DNA of 64,000 nucleotides from Candidatus Pyrohabitans jungbluthii. GTDB lineage: Archaea; Hydrothermarchaeota; Hydrothermarchaeia; Hydrothermarchaeales; BMS3B. The notes beneath the pieces were generated by a model that did not search any database, was not told where the DNA came from, and saw only the letters and a program-made list of their open reading frames with translations. This document shows, piece by piece, positions 27,069 through 36,115 of the stretch (position 1 is the stretch's first letter; every line of letters starts with the position of its first letter). Position numbers and translations under genes: made by a program. Location: the NCBI GenBank assembly GCA_002010065.2, contig MTMD02000007.1, forward strand, positions 1 to 64,000. The letters run 5' to 3'.

Positions 27069-27083
27069 TTTTCAAAAAGTTAA
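27069..27083 (-). promoter_or_regulatory. CopR box upstream of BRE/TATA of the copA operon
   Basis: TTTTCAAAAAGTTAA (1 mismatch to consensus); promoter sequence closely matches that of the YHS gene. Confidence 0.6.
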
Positions 27084-27239
27084 TCTGCCTCGACGATTTA
27101 TTATTCATATGAAACTTGTGGCTTAGACATCTCACAAAATAAAAATTCTGCAAAGCGACCTTTTCAAATTGAAGCGTAGTAAAGTGCGGCAAGTATTAAC
27201 GAGGTGAAGCTTCAAGGTTACAATCCCCGAGGTGGTGTT

Positions 27240-27659
27240 ATGGCTGAGCTGAGCGACGAGGAGATAAAGGAGTTGCTTCAAAATGCTAAGACCATAGCTG
27301 TGGTGGGTTTTTCAACCAATCCTGAAAAAGACGCGCATCAGGTGCCTAAAAAGCTTATGGAGCTGGGCTACCGTGTAATCCCCGTGAATCCCTTTGCTGA
27401 GGAGATTCTCGGCGAGCGGTGCTACCCCTCGCTTCGCGAGATTCCGCGCGATGTAAATGTGGATATAGTGGACGTCTTCCGCCCGGCAGAAGAAGTACCG
27501 GAGATAGTGGAGCAGGCGATAGAGATTGGAGCTAAGGCGATATGGCTCCAGCTGGGCATCTCCCACGACGAAGCGGCAAAGCGCGCGAGAGAGGCTGGGC
27601 TCAAGGTAATCCAGAACAGGTGCATAAAGATGGAGCACCTTCGCCTGCTCGGGGAGTAA
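27240..27659 (+). CDS. CoA-binding protein (YccU-like)
   Basis: IAVVGFS, IPVNP, VDIVDVFR, IWLQLGI, NRCIKMEH. Confidence 0.92.
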   Translation: MAELSDEEIKELLQNAKTIAVVGFSTNPEKDAHQVPKKLMELGYRVIPVNPFAEEILGERCYPSLREIPRDVNVDIVDVFRPAEEVPEIVEQAIEIGAKAIWLQLGISHDEAAKRAREAGLKVIQNRCIKMEHLRLLGE

Positions 27660-27700
27660 ATTGGGTAAAATATTTAATCCACGCAGGAAAAATTGCATCA

Positions 27701-28873
27701 ATGAGCGAAATACGTGGAGCAAAGAGTCGAAGACTCTGGGATAAACGCATCGCCCTGTGCGTAACCGGGAGCGCCGCCGCAATCGAGGCACCCCGCCTTG
27801 CTCGAGAGCTTCAGAGGCATGGGGCGAGGGTTAAGGCTTACATGAGTGAGGCAGCTACCAAGATTATTCATCCCTACGCCATGGAGTTCGCCACAGGGAA
27901 AAAACCCGTAACCGAGATTACAGGTGCCCTTGAGCACCTTGCAGAGTACGATTTAATCCTTATCGCGCCGGCCTCTGCTAATACAATTGCAAAGCTTGCT
28001 CACGGTATAGGTGATACTCCGCCCACGCTTCTCTGCCTATCCTCGCAGGCGAAGCTTCTTCTCGCACCAGCGATGCACCTGGCAATGCATCGCAACCAGG
28101 CTGTTAAGGAAAATCTTGAGACGCTCAAAAATCGTGGCATAGCCATCGTAGAGCCTATGATTGAAGAGGGTGCCGCCAAGATGGCGCCCATCGCTGAAAT
28201 CGCTGACTACGCCATACGTGCGCTCAGCAGCGGGGAGCTTTCTGGTAAGCACGTTGTCGTTACCGCGGGTGCAACCGAGGAAGCAATCGACGCGGTGAGG
28301 GTTATAACAAACCGCAGCTCGGGTAAAATGGGGCTCGCCTTGGCGAAGGAAGCCTTCTACCGCGGCGCAGATGTGACACTTATCGCGGGAAGGCTGAACG
28401 TGGCTCCGCCAAGATATATCCGTACAGTTAAGGCATTGAGCATAAGCGAGATGCGCGAAGCTGTGGTTGAGGCTGTAAGGGATGCGCACATCTTCATCTC
28501 AGCCGCTGCAATTGGCGACTTTGTGGTTTCAGACGAGTTTAAAGGCAAGCTGGACTCCACGCGAGAGGTCACGCTTCGCTTAAAGCCAGCGCCCAAGGTG
28601 TTAAGAGCGCTTAGAGAGGAAGGGTTATTCAAAGTCGGCTTTAAGGCGGTTTACGGCGCAACAGAGCAGGAGATGTTAAATGCGGCAAGGCAGATTCTAA
28701 AAGAGGCGAACCTCGACCTCGTCGTGGCCAACGACATTTCCCGTGGCGTATTCGGCTCTGAGGAGAATGAGGTTGTGATAGTAGCTCGTAATGGCGAAGT
28801 TGCACTGCCCCGAATGTCCAAGAGTGAGGTGGCTCAGTACATCTTTGACGAAATTGTAAAGAGGCTTAAATAA
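27701..28873 (+). CDS. coaBC: Phosphopantothenoylcysteine decarboxylase/ligase
   Basis: VTGSAAA, APASANT, APAMH, TAGATEEAIDAVRVITNRSSGKMG, VVAND. Confidence 0.94.
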   Translation: MSEIRGAKSRRLWDKRIALCVTGSAAAIEAPRLARELQRHGARVKAYMSEAATKIIHPYAMEFATGKKPVTEITGALEHLAEYDLILIAPASANTIAKLAHGIGDTPPTLLCLSSQAKLLLAPAMHLAMHRNQAVKENLETLKNRGIAIVEPMIEEGAAKMAPIAEIADYAIRALSSGELSGKHVVVTAGATEEAIDAVRVITNRSSGKMGLALAKEAFYRGADVTLIAGRLNVAPPRYIRTVKALSISEMREAVVEAVRDAHIFISAAAIGDFVVSDEFKGKLDSTREVTLRLKPAPKVLRALREEGLFKVGFKAVYGATEQEMLNAARQILKEANLDLVVANDISRGVFGSEENEVVIVARNGEVALPRMSKSEVAQYIFDEIVKRLK

Positions 28874-29745
28874 TGCGAGCGAGAGCCTTTGCTCCAGCCC
28901 ACATCACCGGCTTTTTTGAGGTTTTCCTCACCGGCGATGCCCTTACCTCGGGCTCCCGGGGCGCGGGCGTGGTGCTGAGCGAGGGCGTGGTAACAGAGGT
29001 TGAAGTCACCCCTGCAAGGGAGAGCAGGATTCACGTAGAGATTAGCGACAGAGCGTGCGAGTGTGAGGTCAGTACACATGTCGCCAGAGCTTTGCTTGGC
29101 AGATGCTCAGGTAATTACGAGGTTCGCATTACACATAAAATCAGCGTACCCCAAAGGCAGGGCTTTGGTACAAGTGGCGCGGGAGCGCTGAGCACAGCGA
29201 TAGCTCTGAACGAGGCGCTCAATCTCGAGCTCAGCGCAACAGCACTTGCACAGGTGGCGCATCGCGCTGAGGTGGAGTGTCGCACAGGTTTGGGCGACAT
29301 AATAGCCCAGTTTACCGGCGGGCTGGTGGTGCGCACCCGCGCTGGCGCTCCCGGCATAGGTGAGGTTGAGAAGTTTTACTCCAACGCCCGCGTGGCTGTT
29401 TTTCTTGTGGGCAAAGGTATAGAAACAAAGAAAGTGCTCTCGTCTCCTGAGGCTTTATCCAGGATAAACCGCGCGGGCAGAGAATGCGTGGAAGAGCTTC
29501 TTAGAGATCCAAGCCTGCAGCGCTTCGTCTCTCTTTCAAAAAAATTCGCCCTTGCAACGGGGCTCGCGAAGGGGAAGGTCGCGAAAGCAATACTTGAGCT
29601 TGAGGAGCATGGCATCGACGCTGGTATGGCAATGCTGGGCGAGGCGGTCTTTGTTATTTCTGAAAAACCAGAGGAGGTCGTTAACCTTCTGGATTACCCC
29701 TGTATAACTGCAAGAGTAGACAACTGCGGGGCGAGGCTGCTATGA
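28873..29745 (+). CDS. Archaeal pantoate kinase (GHMP family)
   Basis: FAPAHITGFF, GSRGAG, GFGTSGAGAL, TGLGD, AMLGEAVF; in the CoA cluster. Confidence 0.92.
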   Translation: MRARAFAPAHITGFFEVFLTGDALTSGSRGAGVVLSEGVVTEVEVTPARESRIHVEISDRACECEVSTHVARALLGRCSGNYEVRITHKISVPQRQGFGTSGAGALSTAIALNEALNLELSATALAQVAHRAEVECRTGLGDIIAQFTGGLVVRTRAGAPGIGEVEKFYSNARVAVFLVGKGIETKKVLSSPEALSRINRAGRECVEELLRDPSLQRFVSLSKKFALATGLAKGKVAKAILELEEHGIDAGMAMLGEAVFVISEKPEEVVNLLDYPCITARVDNCGARLL

Positions 29746-30329
29746 AGCTGCTCCAGAGCATAAGGAACACATTTCTGGCAGGACTCATTGTATTCATACC
29801 GCTCGTTGCCACGGTGTATGTGCTGTGGTTTGGGTTTGATTTCTTGGACAGCCTTCTCCGCCCCGTGCTGAAACGCGTACTCGGCGTATATCTCCCAGGC
29901 TTCGGCCTGGTTGCGACGCTGCTCTTAATCTTTGCTCTCGGCGCATTGGCAAGGCTCACCCTGGGAAAGCGCGTAGTCGCGGCGCTTGAACAGGCGATAA
30001 TGCGTATCCCTCTGGTAAAGACGGTGTACGCCACGGTGAAGCATGCGAGCGAGGCGCTGATAGACAACAAGGCGAGCGGCTTCAAGGGTGTAGTGCTGGT
30101 GGAGTACCCGAGGCGGGGATGCTACGTAATCGGCTTTACCACGGGCGCGAACATAGAGGAAGTGCAGGAGAAGATAAAGGAAAAGGTGATCAATGTGTTC
30201 ATTCCCACCGCGCCTAACCCCACCTCGGGCATGGTGATAATAGTGCCAGAAGATGAGGTGATACCCCTGAAGATGACCGTGGAGGAGGGACTCAAGCTGA
30301 TAGTCTCTGGAGGTTTTGTGAGAAAATGA
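29742..30329 (+). CDS. DUF502 family membrane protein
   Basis: RIPLVKTVY, VLVEYPRRG, VFIPTAPNPTSG. Confidence 0.9.
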   Translation: MKLLQSIRNTFLAGLIVFIPLVATVYVLWFGFDFLDSLLRPVLKRVLGVYLPGFGLVATLLLIFALGALARLTLGKRVVAALEQAIMRIPLVKTVYATVKHASEALIDNKASGFKGVVLVEYPRRGCYVIGFTTGANIEEVQEKIKEKVINVFIPTAPNPTSGMVIIVPEDEVIPLKMTVEEGLKLIVSGGFVRK

Positions 30330-31072
30330 GCGTACCTCGCGACCATCCGCGCTACCATTCGCTTATGCAGCGGGAGAAGCTTGCAAGGGGATATGAGCAG
30401 GGGATTACTGTAATAGAGGGGCTTATCGCTCATGGCAGGGGCGAAGCCTTCGACTACCTCATAGGCGAAGCCACCGCTGAGCCAGCTAAAAGAGCGATTC
30501 GCGCAGCCGCGGCAACGCTGCTACTCGCCTCTATGCCAGTGATTTCAGTGAACGGCAACACCGCTGCGCTTTGCCCCGCGCAGCTTGTTCACCTCGCGAG
30601 GGTAGCGAATGCAAAGCTGGAGGTGAACCTCTTCTACCGCTCTCGCGAGAGGGCGCGCAGAATCGCTGCTGTGCTTAAGCAAGCGGGCGCTGAGGAAGTG
30701 CTTGGGGTGGAGCCTGAGGCAGAGATTCCAAACCTGAGCAGTGAGCGCAGGCTGGTGGCGAAGCGGGGCATCTACTCAGCGGACGTTGTGCTTCTCGCAA
30801 TAGAGGATGGTGACCGTACCGAGGCTCTGGTTGAGATGGGGAAGAGGGTTATAGCCATAGATTTAAATCCCCTCTCCAGAACGGCGCAGCGTGCAAGCAT
30901 AACCATAGTGGACGAGGTTACGCGTGCACTTCCATTGCTTACCCAGGAGGTGGAGAAGCTGCGCGGTCTCAGCAAGGCGCAACTCGAGGAACTCGCAAGC
31001 TTTGACAACCGCGCTAACTTAAAGGCTATGCTTAGACACATTACCCAGCGCCTCTCTGAGCTTGAGCCGTAG
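30326..31072 (+). CDS. 4-phosphopantoate--beta-alanine ligase (PPS)
   Basis: HPRYHSL, AHGRGEAFDYLIGE, SVNGN, EDGDR, IDLNPLSRT. Confidence 0.94.
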   Translation: MSVPRDHPRYHSLMQREKLARGYEQGITVIEGLIAHGRGEAFDYLIGEATAEPAKRAIRAAAATLLLASMPVISVNGNTAALCPAQLVHLARVANAKLEVNLFYRSRERARRIAAVLKQAGAEEVLGVEPEAEIPNLSSERRLVAKRGIYSADVVLLAIEDGDRTEALVEMGKRVIAIDLNPLSRTAQRASITIVDEVTRALPLLTQEVEKLRGLSKAQLEELASFDNRANLKAMLRHITQRLSELEP

Positions 31073-31114
31073 CATGATGTCTTTTATAAACGTTATCTAT
31101 CTTGCAAAGAAAAA

Positions 31115-32692
31115 ATGGATGAGCTTCTCGCACTCGCAGCTAAGGGCGAGGGAGGCAATGTAGAGTTTAAAGAGTACCTCTCGCGCAAAGTGCACCTCTC
31201 CCGAGATAGGAGGCAGAGCTTGGCCTCGCAGCTGAAGTACCGCGCAAATAACGGCTCGGGTAGGGCGGTTTACCTTCTCGGGGTGAGCGACTCAGGCGAA
31301 GTTGTGGGGCTTACGCAGGAGAGGCTGGAGGAGAGCCTTGAGGTGCTCGAATGCATAGCACGAGACGTTGGCTTCGCCATAACAGAGAAGAAGATTTACA
31401 GCATGGACTCCCGCTACGCTGCGATGCTCACCCTGGAGCGGGCTCGTCTGGAGAAGGAGCACCTGCTTATAGCCACTGCCGGACATGTGGACCATGGGAA
31501 GTCCACCCTGGTGGGTACCCTCGTTTCTGGTGAGCACGATGACGGCTCCGGCAGGACGAGGCGCTATCTGGATACGCAGAAGCACGAGATTGAGCGCGGC
31601 TTAAGCGCAGATTTAAGCTACGCCGTCTATGGGTTTACCAGCGGAGGCGAGGTTATTCGCCTCAGAAACCCGCTGAGCAGAGAGGAGCGCGCAGGCGTGG
31701 TTGCGCGAGCTTCCAAGCTTGTGAGCTTTGTCGACACCGTTGGACATGAGCCCTGGCTGCGCACTACAATAAGAGGCATAGTGGGGCAGAAGTTGGATTA
31801 CGGCCTGCTGGTTATCGCCGCTGACGACGGCATAACCCACATAACCAAGGAGCACCTAGGCATAATGCTGGCGATGGATTTGCCGGTGATCATCGCCATA
31901 ACCAAGGCAGACAGGGCGAAAAACTTGGGAAAGCTTCAGAGCGATATCTCTTCGCTCCTCGCTCTCGTAGGGAGGGTTGCAAAGTTTATCTCCTCACCTC
32001 GGGACATAGCCGAGCTGGGCAACTTCTGGCAAAGCAAGGTACTCGTGCCCGTGGTGGTTACCTCTGCGAAGACCGGAGAGGGACTGGAAATTCTTGACAG
32101 GCTTTTCTACTACCTTCCCAAGAGGGCTTCTCAGCGAGAGCGCGAGGCGGAGTTCATGATGTACATAGACAAAATTTACAGCGTCGCGGGCGTGGGCACA
32201 GTGGTGAGCGGGAGTGTGAAGCGCGGTATGGTCACGCGCGGGCAGACTCTGTATTTAGGTCCTGACGAAAAAGGGGAGTTTCACAGGGTGAAGGGTTCTT
32301 CAATTGAGATACATCATCTCAGCGTCGAAAGCGCAGAGGTTGGCGAGGTGGTGGGTATTGCGATAAAGGGCACCAAGATTAAACCGCGACGCGGCATGGT
32401 CTTAACCTCACGCAAGGATTTGTACGCAGTCAAGAGCTTCCTCGCAGACGTGGTGGTGCTGAACCACCCCACCAGGATAGCTCACGGATATGAGCCTGTG
32501 ATTCACCTTGAGACGATTTCAGAGGCGGTGGTACTCGAGCCTCTGGAGCGGGAGTTCCTCGCCGCAGGGGATAGAGGAAAGGTTAAGGTGACATTTAAAT
32601 ATGCGCCGCACTTCGTGGAACGGGGGCAGCGCTTTGTTTTCCGCGAAGGGAGAAGCAAGGGCATCGGTGTGGTGACTGAAATTGTGGCGTAG
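31115..32692 (+). CDS. Archaeal GTPBP1-like translational GTPase with N-terminal AlbA_2-like domain
   Basis: GEGGNVEFKE; GHVDHGKST; DTVGHEPW; TKAD; EF-Tu-like domains II/III. Confidence 0.88.
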   Translation: MDELLALAAKGEGGNVEFKEYLSRKVHLSRDRRQSLASQLKYRANNGSGRAVYLLGVSDSGEVVGLTQERLEESLEVLECIARDVGFAITEKKIYSMDSRYAAMLTLERARLEKEHLLIATAGHVDHGKSTLVGTLVSGEHDDGSGRTRRYLDTQKHEIERGLSADLSYAVYGFTSGGEVIRLRNPLSREERAGVVARASKLVSFVDTVGHEPWLRTTIRGIVGQKLDYGLLVIAADDGITHITKEHLGIMLAMDLPVIIAITKADRAKNLGKLQSDISSLLALVGRVAKFISSPRDIAELGNFWQSKVLVPVVVTSAKTGEGLEILDRLFYYLPKRASQREREAEFMMYIDKIYSVAGVGTVVSGSVKRGMVTRGQTLYLGPDEKGEFHRVKGSSIEIHHLSVESAEVGEVVGIAIKGTKIKPRRGMVLTSRKDLYAVKSFLADVVVLNHPTRIAHGYEPVIHLETISEAVVLEPLEREFLAAGDRGKVKVTFKYAPHFVERGQRFVFREGRSKGIGVVTEIVA

Positions 32693-32694
32693 GG

Positions 32695-33204
32695 ATGAGG
32701 ATGAGGCTTATCGTATACCACGCTAAGCAATGCTCGCCAAAGAAGTGCACAGCTTTAAAGCTCTCCCGTTTTGCGCTGGTCAAGCTGGTGCACAGCGCAA
32801 AGGCAATCCCACGAAATGCGATTGTGCTCAACCCCTTTGCCGCTAAGCCTCTCTCGCCAGCTGAGGATGCAAATGCCACAACCTTGGTGGCGCTGGATTG
32901 CTCCTGGGAGCATGCCAAGGAGGTTTTCCGCAGCTATCGCAGCAGAGCCAGGCATCGCTCTTTGCCCCTGCTGGTAGCCGCTAATCCCGTGAACTACGGA
33001 AAAATCGCCAAGCTAAGCACCGTCGAAGCTTTAGCTGCGGCGCTCTACATCCTGGGCGAGCGGGAGCATGCGGAGAAGCTGCTTTCAAAATTTAACTGGG
33101 GGCACAGTTTCCTTGAGCTCAACCGTAGCCTGCTGGAAGACTACGCCAGCGCTTCAAGCATGGAAGCTTTGCTTGAGGTGCAGCGGGAATACTTCGGCGT
33201 CTAA
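32695..33204 (+). CDS. tsr3: rRNA aminocarboxypropyltransferase Tsr3
   Basis: QCSPKKCT, LDCSW, LPLLVAANPVNYG, LSTVEA, FNWGHSFLELN. Confidence 0.94.
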   Translation: MRMRLIVYHAKQCSPKKCTALKLSRFALVKLVHSAKAIPRNAIVLNPFAAKPLSPAEDANATTLVALDCSWEHAKEVFRSYRSRARHRSLPLLVAANPVNYGKIAKLSTVEALAAALYILGEREHAEKLLSKFNWGHSFLELNRSLLEDYASASSMEALLEVQREYFGV

Positions 33205-33290
33205 GCTTCGCCGGCTAACCTCGCCTTGAAGGGTCCGGAGAATATCTTCAGGTTGAGAATCTCCTCCTCGGTTATGATTGAAGGGTCGTG
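33201..33290 (-). pseudogene. Possible 3' remnant of an HMA-domain protein gene
   Basis: Reads [29 protein letters not shown], like an HMA-domain tail; no CxxC 5' part present. Confidence 0.4.
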
Positions 33291-33397
33291 AGGTAATAGA
33301 TACGCTGCACGTCTTTCCAACATTATCAGAGGCGATAAAGATTGCCGCTCAATCCTTCCGAAGGGATGTAACCAAGATGAGCCGTTGTGTGGAGTGA
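33290..33397 (+). pseudogene. merA: 3' remnant of mercuric reductase
   Basis: [35 protein letters not shown]; MerA-type C-terminus with the CC pair changed to RC; in-frame stop upstream and no credible start. Confidence 0.75.
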
Positions 33398-33407
33398 TGG
33401 GTACTTT

Positions 33408-34313
33408 TTATTTTTTCTTAACCTTTGCGGCAAGCTCTTCAATAAGCTCTTTCAAACCCTTCCCCGAGCTTATGTCGAAACCTTCGCCGTCCTTGAAGGT
33501 TGCATAGAGGTCTGTCCACGCGCCGCGCTTTCTCGCCTGGAAGGGTGGAGTTACCTCAACCTCACCTTTAACAGGGAAGTGGATTGTTACATAGCTTATC
33601 TTACCGTTAATGTCCTTGTTCAGGTAGATGCGCACATTTTGCGAGTCAACCCTTCCAAAGAAGTAGTCTATGCCCCGCTCAAAGCCAAGCTCAGAGAACA
33701 CCTGGATTACTCGCGGCGGAAGGTCGCTGGTCTTGCACCCGCAAAGCGCTCCGCAGCTCTTTTCGAGAGCTTTAACTTTAGTCTCGAGCTCCTTGAAGAC
33801 CTCCAGAGGCGCGCCCAAGATAACCTCGCTGTCCTTGTAGTCAGCGAACATTCTGGCGCCGCCGCACAGGAAGGTTACATTTGCCTTCCCGCTCTTAAGC
33901 GGCTCTGCAATAACCTCACCGCACACGGCAATTTCGCCGGCGAACTTCGCTTCGATGCCGTGGAGAAGTGCCGCCGCCTCCATCACTTGGCGCGGGGTGG
34001 CTATCATCAGAACCACATCCGGGTCTGGAATCTCCTCCACGGGCGCGATGAGCACCGCCTTGGTTTCAGCGGGCTGTATCCTCGGCTGGATGTCTATGAA
34101 CATGGGCTCCTGAAAGCCCAGAGCGATCAGCGACTGGTGGCACTCCTCATCCTCGGCGCGCATGAGTATCGTCTCACCCAACGCGGCGCGCCTAACAAAC
34201 TCGCAGAATTTTCCGGGCTTCGCCGGCGTGGGATAACCTTCTGGAATCTCCTTAAACAGCTTCACACCCACAAGGCGATACTTGCTACCGAAATAGGCGC
34301 GTATGCTCTCCAT
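33408..34313 (-). CDS. DUF169-family protein with Cys-containing C-terminal extension
   Basis: LVGVKL, FCEFVRRA, PDVVLMIATPRQVM, AVCGE, TFLCGGAR; then CGALCGC. Confidence 0.75.
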   Translation of the reverse strand: MESIRAYFGSKYRLVGVKLFKEIPEGYPTPAKPGKFCEFVRRAALGETILMRAEDEECHQSLIALGFQEPMFIDIQPRIQPAETKAVLIAPVEEIPDPDVVLMIATPRQVMEAAALLHGIEAKFAGEIAVCGEVIAEPLKSGKANVTFLCGGARMFADYKDSEVILGAPLEVFKELETKVKALEKSCGALCGCKTSDLPPRVIQVFSELGFERGIDYFFGRVDSQNVRIYLNKDINGKISYVTIHFPVKGEVEVTPPFQARKRGAWTDLYATFKDGEGFDISSGKGLKELIEELAAKVKKK

Positions 34314-34315
34314 GG

Positions 34316-34564
34316 CTAATCCTCGAAAGCGGGAATCTCTATATAAATTTCGTATGTTCTTTCTGCCACCTGCTTAACCTCTAGAACCTTGTATCCCTTG
34401 CCCTCCTGAGCCAGGCTGCGCGGTATACTCTCCACCGCCGGCGGATAGTCCACTATCACCTTGAGCTTCCCGCCGCCCGAGTAGCCTATCTCCTCAGCTT
34501 TAATCTTGGTGTACACAAAGGTATCAGGGCACTTCTCGCCGCGAAGGTCTAAAGTCTCCATCAC
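34316..34564 (-). CDS. TusA/SirA-family sulfurtransferase
   Basis: LDLRGEKCPDTF...VIVDYPPA. Confidence 0.88.
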   Translation of the reverse strand: MMETLDLRGEKCPDTFVYTKIKAEEIGYSGGGKLKVIVDYPPAVESIPRSLAQEGKGYKVLEVKQVAERTYEIYIEIPAFED

Positions 34565-35385
34565 TCATCACCCTCCGTCACACCGGAAGCTTCACTTCCG
34601 GGTAACACTGTGCATACATCTTCTACGGGTTTGGGAATAAAGTGCTCTCCACATGCGGTGCAGTCGTCTCGCTTCGCCACTCTAACCTTCTCAAAGCGCA
34701 TCTCGTCCACATTTATTATCAGCAGCTGATTCTTCAGTCCAATCTCCAGTCCAGCGAGGTAACGTATCGCCTCACTCGCCTGTATGGCACCGACGATGCC
34801 CACGACAGAGCCCAGAATACCTGCTTCTCTGCAGGTGGGTATCATGCCCGCGGGTGGCGGCTCGGGGAATACGCATCTAAAGCATGCGGTCTCGCCGGGG
34901 ATTATGCTCATCGCCCTGCCCTCGTACATCAGCGCGGCGCCGTGAAAGAGAGGCACGCGGTTAACCACGGCGGCGTCGTTAACAGCGTAGCGCACAGCGA
35001 AGTTGTCTGTTCCGTCGACGATGGCGTCATAGCCCTTGAGCAGCTCAAAGGCATTGTCGTAGGTTACCTTCTCGTTTATCCCCTCTATCTTAATCTCCGG
35101 GTTTATCTCACTTAGCCGCTTTGCCGCCATCTCCGCCTTGGGTTTGCCAACATCCTCGGGGGTGTAGAGGAACTGCCTGTTCAGGTTGCTCATCTCTATG
35201 CGGTCAAAATCGAAGATGTGAATCTCGCCCACGCCAGCCAGAGTGAGGTAAGTCGAAACCGGGCAGCCCAGTCCACCTGCCCCGGTTACAGCTACTTTGG
35301 CCTTCTTAAGCCTAGACTGCTCCTTGGTACCGAAGTCCGGAAGGATGAGCTGCCTTGAATAGCGCTTTATCTCATTCAGATTCAT
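34561..35385 (-). CDS. MoeB/ThiF/UbaA E1-like adenylyltransferase
   Basis: RYSRQ, GAGGLG, SNLNRQ, DGTDNF, CFRC, PTC, CTAC. Confidence 0.93.
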   Translation of the reverse strand: MNLNEIKRYSRQLILPDFGTKEQSRLKKAKVAVTGAGGLGCPVSTYLTLAGVGEIHIFDFDRIEMSNLNRQFLYTPEDVGKPKAEMAAKRLSEINPEIKIEGINEKVTYDNAFELLKGYDAIVDGTDNFAVRYAVNDAAVVNRVPLFHGAALMYEGRAMSIIPGETACFRCVFPEPPPAGMIPTCREAGILGSVVGIVGAIQASEAIRYLAGLEIGLKNQLLIINVDEMRFEKVRVAKRDDCTACGEHFIPKPVEDVCTVLPGSEASGVTEGDE

Positions 35386-35842
35386 GCTCTCGACTCTCCT
35401 TCAGGTAATCTTTAATCTCCCTGACGAACTGGTTGCCCAGCTCTTCAATGCGGAGCTCAAACTCCTCGCCCAGCGTGTCGCCCCTGCCTATGCCGGGGCA
35501 CTCGTCGGCGCAGCGAAGCTTGAGTACCAGCTCGTCCGCGTAAATTATCCCATCGAACAGGAAGGGATACATCTGGCAAGAGAGGGGCTTCACCCCAAGC
35601 TCATGAAGCTCACAGCTCAGATCCTCGCGCAGGAAGATGCATTTTCCAGCCTTGCCCTTGAGGCGGAAGAGCCCCTTCTCAGGCTTGAGCTCTGCGAACT
35701 CCTCCGGTGCTTTGCCTGTTGCACGGGAGATTCGCTCAACTCCTCGCGAGGTGACCACTCTGCCCTCAACGCAGCACTTGGCTCCGCACTCGCGGTAAAC
35801 GCAGGAGAAGCGCTCCACTTTGTGCGGCGAGTATATTATCAC
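35372..35842 (-). CDS. YkgJ-family Cys-cluster (Zn/Fe-S) protein
   Basis: CVYRECGAKCC, CIFL, CELH, KPLSCQMYPF, CPGIG. Confidence 0.85.
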   Translation of the reverse strand: MIIYSPHKVERFSCVYRECGAKCCVEGRVVTSRGVERISRATGKAPEEFAELKPEKGLFRLKGKAGKCIFLREDLSCELHELGVKPLSCQMYPFLFDGIIYADELVLKLRCADECPGIGRGDTLGEEFELRIEELGNQFVREIKDYLKESREHESE

Positions 35843-35845
35843 CGC

Positions 35846-36115
35846 TCAGCCTCCAGAGACCGCGGGTAAGATGCTTATAACGTCATCCTCGGCGACCTCT
35901 GTGTCTAAGCCTTTCTTGAAGCGCACATCCTCGTTGTTGTGGAAGATGTTTATAAACTGCTTTATCTCGCCGTTCTCAATTATGCGCTCCTTGAAGCCAG
36001 GCTTCGCTTTGTCTATGTTTTCTATAATCTCGCGTATCGTTTTGCCGCTCGCCTGTATTTCGGGCTTACCATCGCTGAACTTTCTAAGGGGGGTAGCAAG
36101 CCTAACTGTTACCAT
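35846..36115 (-). CDS. MoaD/ThiS/CysO-like ubiquitin-fold sulfur carrier
   Basis: INIFHNNEDVR...ISILPAVSGG C-terminal diglycine. Confidence 0.93.
   Translation of the reverse strand: MVTVRLATPLRKFSDGKPEIQASGKTIREIIENIDKAKPGFKERIIENGEIKQFINIFHNNEDVRFKKGLDTEVAEDDVISILPAVSGG

Noticed and set aside
31115-31440. Schlafen/AlbA-like domain as a defence nuclease
   Set aside because: This N-terminal domain is a regular part of archaeal GTPBP1-like GTPases in a housekeeping context
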